Shown in pieces: positions 1 to 12,200 of a stretch of 64,000 nucleotides of DNA. The translations under genes and the position numbers were made by a program. The notes under the pieces were generated by a model that had not been told where the DNA came from, did not search any database, and saw nothing but the letters and a program-made list of their open reading frames with translations. How positions within the stretch are numbered: position 1 is the first letter of the stretch; each line of letters starts with the position of its first letter. Origin of the DNA: Raillietiella orientalis (taxonomy: Eukaryota). The stretch is taken from the NCBI GenBank assembly GCA_036172245.1, contig JAYWIR010000015.1, positions 3,720,001 through 3,784,000 of the forward strand, in the 5' to 3' direction.

Positions 1-257
1 AGCAGTTCCAGGACCTCCAGGAAAAAGCAGGTCGCTTGAACGCCTCGCAGGATGTCGGAATCCGGAGTTGGCGCCCCGAACGGCGTACTCGCGTTCCTCC
101 TCGGGTTTTAGACCCCACTCCCCCTTGAGTGCCCCGTCCTCCTCACGTTTTCGCTGCCGGGACTCGGTCACTCGCCTGAATACTCGCCCTCCCTGCCCTC
201 TCCGTGCTGGACAGCGGGAAGCGCAGAGGAATTCGGCTGAGACTCTCATTGGCTTAC

Positions 258-3200
258 CTGGAAAGCCAGCATGTTTTCGGGAGGGATGGGGACGTGGAAT
301 CTTTCCACAATCTCGTACATCTCTCCCAGGACATCCCCTTCGCTTTCCATCTTGTCAACCTGGAATCAGCAAGCGTTCGTGATGTTTAATCGATGGGAAC
401 GTGCTGCGGTCATCGTGCAGACTCGCGCTCTCGCAACAGGCCTCTTCCGGCTGGCGTTTCCTCGATGCGGGATAGAGAGGCACGCGCGAAAGAAAATTTC
501 CTGAACCACGCCACCCCGTGGTTCCGAGGAAGAAACAAAAAAAAAATCGCGGCGGAGTCTCTCCGGTCTCGCTGAATTCCTCGGAACGGCCGAATCCCGA
601 CCGAACTCGAAACCAGAGCGAATTCCGTCAGGGAAGCAATGACCGATGTGGCCACAACAGAGGGAGGGGTGGAGGGTGGCCCTTTCTCCTCCCCCCCCCC
701 CCCTTGGCAAGCAAGAAGAAGCAGAAAGAATAAGTTCGAAGGCAGGAAAGTTCGCTTGACGCTCGTGCCCCTTCGTCTGGCGTTCGGGAGGGATTTGGCA
801 AGGGTAGAGGAAATCCGATATGGGCTCGCTCGCAGACTGTTCGGTAGCGACTGCTCCGAAGATGCGAAGGAGGAGCCCCAACGAAGGTGCTCTCCCCTCC
901 CCCCCCCCCCCCTCCACGTCGACGCATCCCTCGGAAGAGCGCGCGTGGAAGGGGAGTGAGCATCCTCGTGATGTGCAGCGGAGCGCAGCTCGCTCGGGAA
1001 CGCGAGTGGATCCCGCTTTGTCATCATGCAGCGCTCTGGAACGAATGGTTCCGTGTGGAGGAGATTCGGCTATTCGTGCAAGCTGGGGGACGGGGTAGGG
1101 ATGCGAGCTGGTATCAGTGCAGCGTAATTCATCAGTCAGACGGCAACCTGCAGAAAGTGGAGAGACTTTATCCGTGCGTGCTGCCCGGAGGTCTCCAGGA
1201 ACCGAACAGGTTTCGATCCAAGCTGCAACCGAACTCGAGCTCTCGTTGAGCACGGTATGGGAGGGCCGGCCAGGGAGATGCGCTTCCGCCGCACCAAGGA
1301 AGAGAGCTGCTTCCCGTAAATAAAGCAAAGTGCATCTCGGGAGGGGGCGGATGAAACTTTTTAGGAGAAACGATCAGCAGCAGCAGCAGCAGCAACAAGC
1401 GAAAGGAAACGATGGGCGCCCTCCGTGGAACAAACATGGATTCTTATCAAAAGAATCCGGAAATTGCACCGGGCCCTCTTTATGCACCGGGGGAGATGTC
1501 CTTTTCTTTTTTTCCTCGCATCTCAACTCGGGATCGCCACTTCGTTTGGAGTTCCTTGGGATGACGTAGCAGCGCAAGCAAAGAACAAATTGGAGAAGAT
1601 TCGACCGAAAAAGCCGTAACCGCAGAGAGCAAAGCCCTAAAAGGCAGGCACAGGGAAAAGGAAAGTGGGACCCGCAGATTATGTGTGGACGAACGTGCAC
1701 TGATACAACGGGAAGGAGATTCGAACCGAAGAGGAAAGAGTTTTCTTCTTCTTTTTCCACGAATTTAAATGCAGATATCTGTTGTTCACGATAACGTTCA
1801 ATGAACGGCTTCGCCGAAGCAAACACTCCGCTACGAACTCCTGGATCGCCGGTTCGACTTTCCTTCTGGATCAGTATTCGTTTCATCTGATGCCTGCAGC
1901 TGATCAGTGAATCATGATGCCTGAGTCACTGAATCATGAGTGATTCGGACGACTCATCAGGTAACTCAACCACGGAATCTCGTCAGCGACCGATTGGAGG
2001 CAGCCCCTTGCTGAGGGAACACACCGGCTGCACACATGTGCTCACGTGTCCTCATACGCCATAAGCAACCGACAAACCGCCTGATGTCGTCTGCCTGACA
2101 ACAGCATAGCACTGTCACCTCGTAGGATCTCTCCTGATGAAGTGGCGATGGATTCTGTTGTTCGTTCGTTGTATATATCTTTGCAAACGCCGCTGGTGTG
2201 CACGCTGCTCGGCATTCGGTCGGGACTGGAGCTGATGCTGACAAACATCTTCTCACTGCGCGTGCGGATATCTCGTCCACAAATTCCTTGCTCTATCGAA
2301 GCGAAGGTGTTTCCCCGTTGCACACCGGGGAGATTAGAATAGGGTCGTTCGGAATGCTCGCGGCAGGAATGTGGACGTCTAAATGACTCTGTTTCTGTTC
2401 GCTTTTGCAGTTGCGGGTGTGGGAAGACGTAGTTTTGCAAAAAAAAAAAAAAAGGTTCCCATGTCCTACCCTTTCCTGCATTGCGTCCAGGAAAATCAAC
2501 AAGTCGGCAAACTCCTTGGTGTTCGTTGGTGCAGTGGACACTCTGTAGATGGCGTGCTCACCCTCCTCCAGTAGTCGAGTTACATGAATGCTCAGGAATC
2601 TTTGTCGGAGAGGAAAGAAAGATGTTAATGCGAGTAAACGAAAATGAAGCTCTACATGTCGTTGCTTTAGCTGTCTCATCATCTTTTTCCAGACGCGCCT
2701 TCAAATACTACTGTTTAAAGGAGCAGGCGGTTGCATTGTGTTTCGTGTTTCGCTCTGGGAAATGCACACAGTACGTCTCCTATGATCCGTTGCTACGAAG
2801 GAAAAACTCTACGCGGGGGGGGGCAACGGATTAGGATCGCAAGTGAGCGGCTACAGCGAAGAAATGACAAGGGGATGAACCAAGTTTCAGAGAGAGAGAA
2901 CAAGAAGCTTTTGCAAATCAGCCAGGGGGAATCAGTTGGTGGGTGCCGCACTTTCTGTCGCAGGAAAATCAGCTGCGTGAGCTCTCGTGAGTGTCGTATG
3001 AATCTCACGGGCATCTTACAAAATATTAATAATAATAATAATAATAGCCAAATCCATACAGCAGCACTAGTTATAAACAATGGCATAATAATGCTTATGA
3101 CAACTGCACTGCACAAACCCTGCATTTTATGCCATGGGCGAATTCGTCTGTAACGTGCTCAATGAGAACTCAACGGTCACTCTGCTAAAGAACATGCGTC

Positions 3201-6200
3201 TTCAGATCAGCCTGGCAAGGTCGCTTCGCTCGGTTTGTTTGTCTGTTTGTTTGTTTGTTTGTTTTGGAGGGGGAGGGGGGGACACTGCTGTCACTACGTT
3301 GCCCCCTGCATCTTCTTCACCTTCTCTCAATGGTAGTAGCATTCTTCACACAGTCTTCAGCTCATCCTGTTCCAGCCGAAGATTTTGAACCCTCTGAAAA
3401 TGCTGTGTCCGATGAATCGTTTCGTTTCTTTGCTTATTATGGGCAGCTGGGTTTCTCTTCTTTTTTTTTTTTTTTTAACAGCAGTTTTTGGTGGTGATTT
3501 TTTCTTATTATTGATGACAACATTGAGTGGATGCCATCGCTCTGGAAAACCACCAAATGCTTCTCTTTAGTGTCTATCTGTGCAGAACTTGAATGAAGAG
3601 CAACTTTGCATGAATAGATTACTTGTAGTTGAGCAGTTTTGGCACACGAAGCATCCAAATAATGCATGAGCAAACACGGATACATCTTTTCTTCTTTCTT
3701 GTAATTCGCGTGTAAAGAACGATCTGCTTGCGTGGAGATCATGAATAAGAAGCTCTGGCATCTCGGAAAGCTCTGTACGATTCTTGAGCTCTGAATGCAC
3801 CTGCGCTACGTTTTCTCGTCACACAAGACCTTCGCTGTTTGACCTTCCCCCCCCCCCCCCCCTCCCCCAGTGTTGGATGTCATGCACAGTAAAGGTGTAA
3901 AGACCAAACCGATGATTAGAATAAAGCTGAGTAACGAGTTGCCGTTAGAATTTGGATGTTCCCCGAAAGCATTGCTCATCCCGTGTAAGAGTACCACTCT
4001 CTTCGAGGCATTGAACTGACCTGATTGATTGAATTACATGATAAAAAAAAACAAAAAAACTCCATAGATATTAAATTGAATGCATGAATTGCATTTCGGT
4101 GGAATGTACCGAAGGCCTTTGGGTGGACGATGTGGCAACAAAGCGGATCACCTATTCCTCCGAAGCAACGACACACGAAGATGTGTGGAAAAGAACTGCT
4201 CCCGGCATACGTGGTTTTGCTACTTTGAGTTTGCTTCTTTGCGCGTAGCAGTTTTGCAATTCCATCTTCAGACAGCACAGAATGATTTCCTCAAACGGAT
4301 GAGCGAATGGGCTCACCAATGTGAGCGCGGCGTAGTTATAGGGGTGATTCCGGCCGATGTTTTCTGTTTTGCAACTCACTGAGGTTCAAACTTCGACCAA
4401 GGTGAAATCGCGACCAGGGAATAACAAGTGCTTTCTTGGGGATTTCCAAGGGACCCGCACCTGTTCTACAAGACCTGAGGCATGCGGCGCAGCGAAAAAC
4501 ACCGAAGAACTGGAACGTGGGAAGCATGTGTTGAGGCTACTGCACATCTGTACGGCAGAGAAATGAGGAAAAATTGGGGGTCGGGGTGGCGAGATTCGGT
4601 CACGAGGCACGTTACCCAGGACTGCGAACGAAACGATCGCATCGAAAAGAGCATTCAGCTCATGTGTCTACATGTGTACGCATACGCGTACGTACATATG
4701 CATCTAGTTGTTGTTGGTGTTCAGCTGCACGTAGGTAGGCACATAGGTGAAGATCGGATGCTCGTACATGAGAAGCTGACGAGTGTGCGAATTTTTAAGT
4801 AAGTAATTTGAATGTGTGTACCTAAAACCGGTAGCACGCATGTTTTTTCTTCTTCTTCACCATTTTTTTTTTTTTTTTTTTTTTGGTTGCTTCAATCAAT
4901 ACCGATTGTACCAAAGGGGAAAAAACTAAAGGCACTCCGAAATGATCTGATTCGAGGGTTGTTGCACTGATGCACTTACAGTGGGAGTTTTTCGTAAATC
5001 ACTTCTAGGCATTTGACAGGAGATGGCTCGAGAATTCCTTTCCAAACGCGAAGCCGAACTGAAAACATGCCAGTGTCCTGACAGTCCGGGATGCCGGCTA
5101 TTCGACTCATCTGGTCGTGGAAGTGTTCCAGATTCTTGGCATAAAAATTAACATCTACGAAAGAAAAAGAAAGAAAGAAATTTTTTTTTTTTTTTTTTTT
5201 CCCATTAGTTGTGAGCATTTTTCGAAATGCTCTGCAAGTACCGTGGAGAAACCTCACAACCCGAAAGGAGGATTCTTCTAAAGCAATTCAGAAGACACTG
5301 TGGAAATCTAAAGATGGATATCGAAAGGTGCAACCGAAAGTGCAAACGTTTGGCCTCTGATAAGGTTGGAGCCTCTGGAGAGAGGGAACCCTAACTTCAA
5401 AGCAGCTGAGGGAACCAAACTGGATTTGCTGCCTCTCGTGAAAGCATTCGTGGCAGCTCGTTGTAGAGTTTTCTCCCGCCGACCTCCACAACAAGGCGTT
5501 GAAATGAAAATCATCTTGCATCCGTATGTACACTCTCCGTAGCGAGGGAGGGAGGGAGGGAGAGGGAAAAACATGTAACAGAGAATCCACAACTGGCTCC
5601 CGCAGGTAAAGACGAGAATCTTCGGTTTGCGGTACGAGCTGGTGAATCCAAGAGACCGAAGCGGAGGTTCATGGGAAGTGATGTGTGAAGCCCACTCTTT
5701 CCTGGTTCTCTTGAGCGAGCGGATTCGATTTCATTGGCGATGCATCTGGACAAATGAAGAAGCAGGCGCGAGGAAAGACATTCTCCGTAAGAGCAAGCAG
5801 ACGTCCCCACAGTCCAACAAAAAGAGTTTCCAATACATTTGACTCGGAGCTACCTTTAAGGGCGCCTTCGTACACAGCGCAAGCTCTCTGATGTACGTGT
5901 AGCACACGAGGTGATGACTTGCTAGAACATGAGGATATTCTTGATGATCGTCGCTGGAAAGCTAGTGGCTGGGCCATTTTTAATACGCTCCTGTGTTCTC
6001 GAGACAAGTTGAAAGAATGCTAGGAGGATCTTTCCGGTGTGCTTTATCGAATGTTGTCAAAAAGACAGATGGGACATTCTAAGGGAAAATATATATATAT
6101 ATATATATACGGAGAGAGAGAGAGAGAGAAAGAGAAAGAAATCGGTGACGCGACGGATTAGCTGGATTTTTCGATTTCGATTCTGCATCCCTTGCTTAGC

Positions 6201-9200
6201 CGGGATCGATTCTTAGAGGTGATCTTAGCTGTGTTGCCGCTCAGATGCTGAGCTGTCCTTCTCTTCGGCACAACTTGAAGCTGTTGTGACTTTCAAACTG
6301 TCCAGGGGCTTTTGATTTGTTTTGTTTCTTGGCCAACATAAAAATAATAAACATCTCGGTGGGTCGAGACTCGCTGTCATCGGCTCCTCGAAAGAACAGG
6401 AACCTGATATTCGTGATCTTCCGAGATGCTCTTGAGTTTGGTTTCGGGACCTTTGGTTTCGGGAGAGCAGCGCTCTCGCAAGGAATGCTTCGAAACGGCA
6501 TTCCGTTATCGCTCCTAGACCGGTTCGTGTGTGTAAACAGACGTTTTGGCTAGCATTCATCATGGTGTTATTTTAAATTCTGCCGGGAAGGTGTGCATCT
6601 GGCAAATACCCTCCAGTGTAATCCTCAGAGACGACGAGTGTTTTTTCCGGTTTCCTTAAGAGCTACTTCCAAAAGCCTCCGGTGGCACTGCAGAAGCAGT
6701 CTCCTCAGAATGTATTCTCGATCCCCCCAGCTTTGATCATTTACTCAGGGCATGACACCCAAGATGCGCGCAGGAAGAATATGAGGTGATGGCGACGGCA
6801 GCAGCTGGTGGTGCATTCATGCCAACATCCTGAAATGACCGACCTCGCGACTTCACCGACCGCGACACTCGCCACCGCGAAACTTGGCGATAACCCCGCG
6901 CGTCTGTCTATTTTCCACGAGCGTGAAAGGCAGAGAGCGTCCTTACCTAATTCATCTTTCACCAACTCCTCGGATTTCAGTTCTGCGTTTCTGTAATAGA
7001 ACGCTCTGATGTAGTCGAACGTTTCGACAAACTCGTTGGCCAAGCCAAATCCGGTGTGTAGCGAGTCCAAGACCTTCTCGTGGAGACTCCTGAGGAAAAC
7101 GTCCTCGCTGCAGATCTTTTTCAAATCAGGTCCGGAGCGGCATTTTCTCTTTCCTGCGACCCCTGATTTGGATGTCGTCGATCTGAATCGGGTTTGAGGT
7201 GCGCCTCAGTTTGTTTCCTTTACACTCGGAGATCACAAAAAAAGCATTTTATGAAATCAGCAAAAGCGCAAGGCGAGTTTAAACAGCGTTCGACGATGCG
7301 GGAGTCATCGAGAAACGTGCGGTGGGATGGTGGGTGTGGTCAGCGGAAAGCAATCAAGATACTCGTTCGAATCGCGACTCATCATGGAAAGCATGATCTT
7401 CTTTACTATACTGGGTAATGATCACATTTGCTATCTGCCAAGGTGAATAACGTTTTCTTTCTTTCCTTTTTTGTCGTTGTTTTTCGAAGCAAGGTTAATA
7501 GGAAGGGGGAGAGAGAGAGAGAGAGAAAGAGAGGGAGGGGGGAATCCACTTTTGCTTTCGTTGGCTTCTTCGCGAAGATCGATTCGGATGATGGCGCGCA
7601 CTTCCAAGCTGCTCCTAATTCCCCAATACTACGTGAACCTTTTCCTCTCGAGTCCACCTCGGATTATTCTTTAATCGAACATCAGCATCCGCGCGGCTCA
7701 TCGCATTATCGATCCATCAAGTAGGACTCATTCCTCTCGTGAGGGAGCAGATGAGCGTGAAAACCAGCAGATGCGCTAGATGTTCCGGAAACCCGCAGTT
7801 GCCACGAATCGCCAAGAGGACGTCGGGATCTACAGGACGGCACCTAACGAATCGTGGAATGCGCGTTCGGAAAGACGAAGGTGCTGTTTGTCGGTCCTGC
7901 CGTCTACCCACTTCAAATCCTTGTGTAAACAAGCCTCTCGTCGACCAATCTGATTTCTGGAGGAGGAAGAAGAGGAAGGGGACGGGGAAGGGATGCATTC
8001 CAAAAGATTGCTGAGATCTGAAATGCCTCTCTCCACTTCCTGCATCTTCACGAAATCCAAAGCCCAGAGGAGTGAATTGACCCTGCAGTGCGTCGCCAAC
8101 GTCAGCATTTGACGAAACCCAAAACACGAATCCTCCCGTAGTCGGTTTCCTTCCGATCCTGCCTCTCTCTCTCTCTCTCTCTCGTGTGAAGGTCACCTCG
8201 GTGACCGCGGCCGATCATCAGAAAGTACTGGAAATGCCGACGCGGTAATGTTCGGCGGTTCGGTGGTACATTGAGTGCGGATCCATTTCTCGTGTAAAAC
8301 GATGGCACTAGATCGTTGCTGACGTGAGAAGAAATGAATCGGGTGGGTGCGACGCGAGCTGATGATCTTCGTGCGCATCGTTCCTCTTTCGCGTCCCAAC
8401 AGACTCCCACGTGGATTCCCAGAATAGGGAGATCGAACTGCCTTAATCCGATGCGAAACCATCAACTCTTCGCAATGGTTGCTGAGAAACGGTTGCTTCG
8501 CTTTCTCCGTCAGGGTCACAAACGTGGAAGCCGGTGTGCCTCGTGCCTCGGGGGTGCGGTTGCAACATTTGACCTTTCCATAGCACTCACCTGCTACGCA
8601 AGGTACCTGCGGAGCCTTATGGCATTAACGATATCGATCCCCCAGAATGACAAAGATGGGAAAGCGAGGAAATGTCACATGGAAGGAATGAGGGAGGGAG
8701 GGAGAAGCTCTGGCTGCACTCGAAGTCAGGGGTTTGCAGCGATGACTCTTTGCAGCACTCTTTGCTTCGCTTTTCGGGATCCCCGGCAGACGACCGGAAG
8801 GACTGTCTGGCTGGGAAGCTGAGCTCGCCGTCCAGTTTTCACTACGCACGAGTTCTCGTCCATCTTTTGAATTCCTCCTCCTTTCTAGCCGCCGAGCAGC
8901 AAAGACTCACTTTCCCGTATCACCTCCGCCTTGCTTCGCTTGCACGAGACTCACCTAAAGGTTTCGACATTTGAAACCAACGACCCTTCCCTCTGCCACC
9001 GATGGGAGTTGAATTTAACGCAGCTTGGTAGCATCTTGATGTTTATTTGTTCTTTGCCGTGAGGTTTTGAGCGCTTAGCCCGTATCTTCAGCATTAAGTT
9101 TTCTTCTAATTTGGCGCTGGTTCCGGTTTCCAGGATGCAGGGGGAGGAGGAGAAAATAAAAACAAGACATGCAGCAAGATTTTGTTTTTAAATCGTCAGG

Positions 9201-12200
9201 AGCTCGCTTTCGATTCGTTCCTAAATTCTTGTCGGCTTGTCTTCTTCTTCTTCATGCAGCGCTTGACTTTTTTTTCTTTTTCTTCCTCCCTCCCCCATTC
9301 CTCAGCACAGAGAGAGCATGTGAGCAAAATTTTCCATTTTGCGTCCTAGATATTAACATTTATCTTGCTCTTGAACTCTTGGAATTTTCGGTTGCTTGTC
9401 TCGACAAGTATTCATCATCCAACATCTTTGCATCGCATTGGCTGAGCGCACACCGAGTTGATCAGTTCCCAGAATAAATTCGGTTGCGTGTTTCCATGGA
9501 GGGACGCACCAGTGGACGCCTTGAGCAAACATCCTTTCGCCATTGAATTCTCTTCCGATCATAACCCGCTTTTGCTTTCGGTCACCATGTTTTTTTGTTT
9601 CTCTGATCCCGGAAATACTGCCTCCTAGCCATTCCTGTTTTCCTGATTTCCGCTACGCAGAAAATTACCTTCGAAACGTCCGAAATGGTCTTCAGCTGTT
9701 CCTTCTTTCTTTTCTTTTTTTTTTTCATCCTGCCGTTGCGCCTCCCGTTCTCAATTTTTAAAGGCAGTTGATGGAGGGACGCTCTCACGTGACACAAAAC
9801 AGCGAAGTCATTTAGTCGTTCTTCAGCATTCGAGCAGATCTCGCAAGTTCCAAAGGCCTTCTTCCGTCAGAACAAAAGACGTGCGCTATTGCTTTGTCTG
9901 CAGCTCGTATGCTTCCCAAAGGTCGTACGCATTTCGACTTCCGTTCTATGAAGCAGTCAGACTGAATGAAGGCTGTCCATATCCCTGATGGGAACAACGA
10001 AAAACCCACTGCTGTTTCTTTTTTCCCTTGCCAAGTCGTTTCTCCGCATCCGACTTTCGCGAAATGCGGCAGTGCACTCTGCTTTTCCGGAAGGTCCTCT
10101 GAGAAACAGTCGTGATCCCCTGAGCGCCGATCCCACAATGACCGCGCTCTTGAAATCGGATCAGCACTGTGCTTTTGTTAGCTCCCCTGTGAGCCTCGTC
10201 GGGACGGCGATGCAGCAACATTTTCCAGCCTCTTGCCCGGTGGAATTCATGCATTATCGATCTTCACCACTTCAGCGTGGGTTTCTTTACGGAAGACGTT
10301 CCCCTCCCTCTCGTTCCGCCTGCCTCGCGCTGCTAGTCGGTGCCCGGGTGAATGCTGCTTCCACGAAGAGGGCATCCGTTTTCGTTGCTGCCCGAATCCT
10401 TTCCCCATTTCAGACTGCCGCCTGATAGTCCGTTCGAAATTCGTTGACCTGTCGCTACTTCTTTCACACCGAGGCAGCTCCGACCCGAACCTCGACTGCA
10501 CGGTGGACCAAGCTTTCTTGTAACCAAGAAATGAAAATTCTGAAACGATCCTTCTTCCCCTCCCCTTCCGGGATGAAACCGACCAAAACAGGATAATGGG
10601 CACGACCTTTGAGTGCTGCAAACATCGTGTCCGAAGAAGATTTTAGCTAGCACGGACTGTGCGACCTGCTCAAGAAAGTTGCATTCCACTCAACTCAACA
10701 GCAAATCAATAATAATAGCAATAATAATGAACAACGAAAAGAATTGGAAGCAAATATTAGAAAGCAGTCCCGTAACCAGAATATCAATGAATCGATAATA
10801 GTTGGTCGCTCTGTCCTTCGAAAGCAGAAAACAGGAAGAATGCAAAAACTCCGTGGCAGCACTCACTTTTGTGAAAAGCGTCGCGTGCTATGATAAGTGA
10901 AGGTCAGGTCGTCGCTGCAGTGGGAGAGTTGACTACGGATCAAAAGCTTCGACTGGTGTCCGGCAAGACTCGGTCCCGTACTCAGTTCTGAATCGCACTG
11001 GAGAGTGGGTGATTTCTGATTAGGGCTTGGGCCTTCCATCGAGACTTTGAGAACGAACGTCGCTCTTGAGGCATCTGATGGTTCCTGTAGGAATTTCCTT
11101 GCGAGGCGTCAGCTCCCTCTTTGGGTAAGACCGCGACAAGAATAGAAACCCAGCATGGGATTCAGGACACGCTTTCGACGTGCCACGGCATTCATTTTGA
11201 ATACAATTTTCGCTCCTCCTATTTCTTGTCTCTCTTTCCTTCTGTCTTTGGGGGGAGGGGGGGATCGAAAGACGACGAAAAGTTGAACTGATTACTGTCA
11301 CCGCATTAGCGTTTTTGAACAAAATTTCGAAAAAGACCCCCGAGAGTCTCGTACTCGTATAAGTGGGGTCGATGCAAGATTGCAGAGTTCCGATATCTGA
11401 GGGTCAAATTTGGAAGAACAGACCGATCCGCTTTGGAATTCTGAAGCCAAGCCTCTGAAGACAACGAACTGCATGAAGGCAGTGCAGCTGTAAGAGTAAA
11501 GGGTAACCCCATTCTAAACAGGGCAGCTCAACACCTGGAAGCCGAATTCGGAGAAGCACGCAGAATTCTTTCCACGGAGACAAGGAAGCACCCACCCTCA
11601 CCACCACAGAGGGGAAGGTTCTGTAAGCTCAAGGAATTTCACACAATGAAACCGAGCAGACACCATTAACGCGTCCCCAGTTAGTGTGTCTAAGAAGCTT
11701 ACGAGCCGAAAAACGAAATGAGGTGAAATCACCATACAAGTGACTCTCGTGTGGTGATTGAGAACTCTTTTGTTCGGCGCGATCGCGCTATATCGTTAAT
11801 CCGGGCCGCTCGCATTCGCAGCATTCAGATGTAGATCAGCGTAAACTGTCATGGCGTCGACTGCTGAATGGTACTCTTTGTTGAATCTTGGATCGGGAGG
11901 CGTCGGTTGCTTCGCGTCTTACAGAGCCGAAAGCTTTGTTACTGACTGCATGATCACGTTGAAGCTGTCATCCATAATCAGATTGCCCGGTTTCCACGCC
12001 GTCTCCACGAACTGCTGCAATATTTCACTTACTGCGTCCTGCAGGTGAAGATGCGTGCGATCACGGCAGAGCCCTCGTAACAAGAAACGGTTTACCTTGC
12101 AAGCCGAAAGATCAGGCTGCAGAATCAGACGCATTTCAGACATACTGACGTCCATGAAGAGCAAAGGAGGACGGATAATTAGCTTCTTGTACGAAGCATT

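Noticed and set aside
366..1328. 320-aa minus-strand ORF and overlapping plus-strand ORFs
   Set aside because: They lie within a dynein intron whose flanking exons join in phase, cross G/C homopolymers, have no recognisable domain, and long ORFs are expected in GC-rich DNA.
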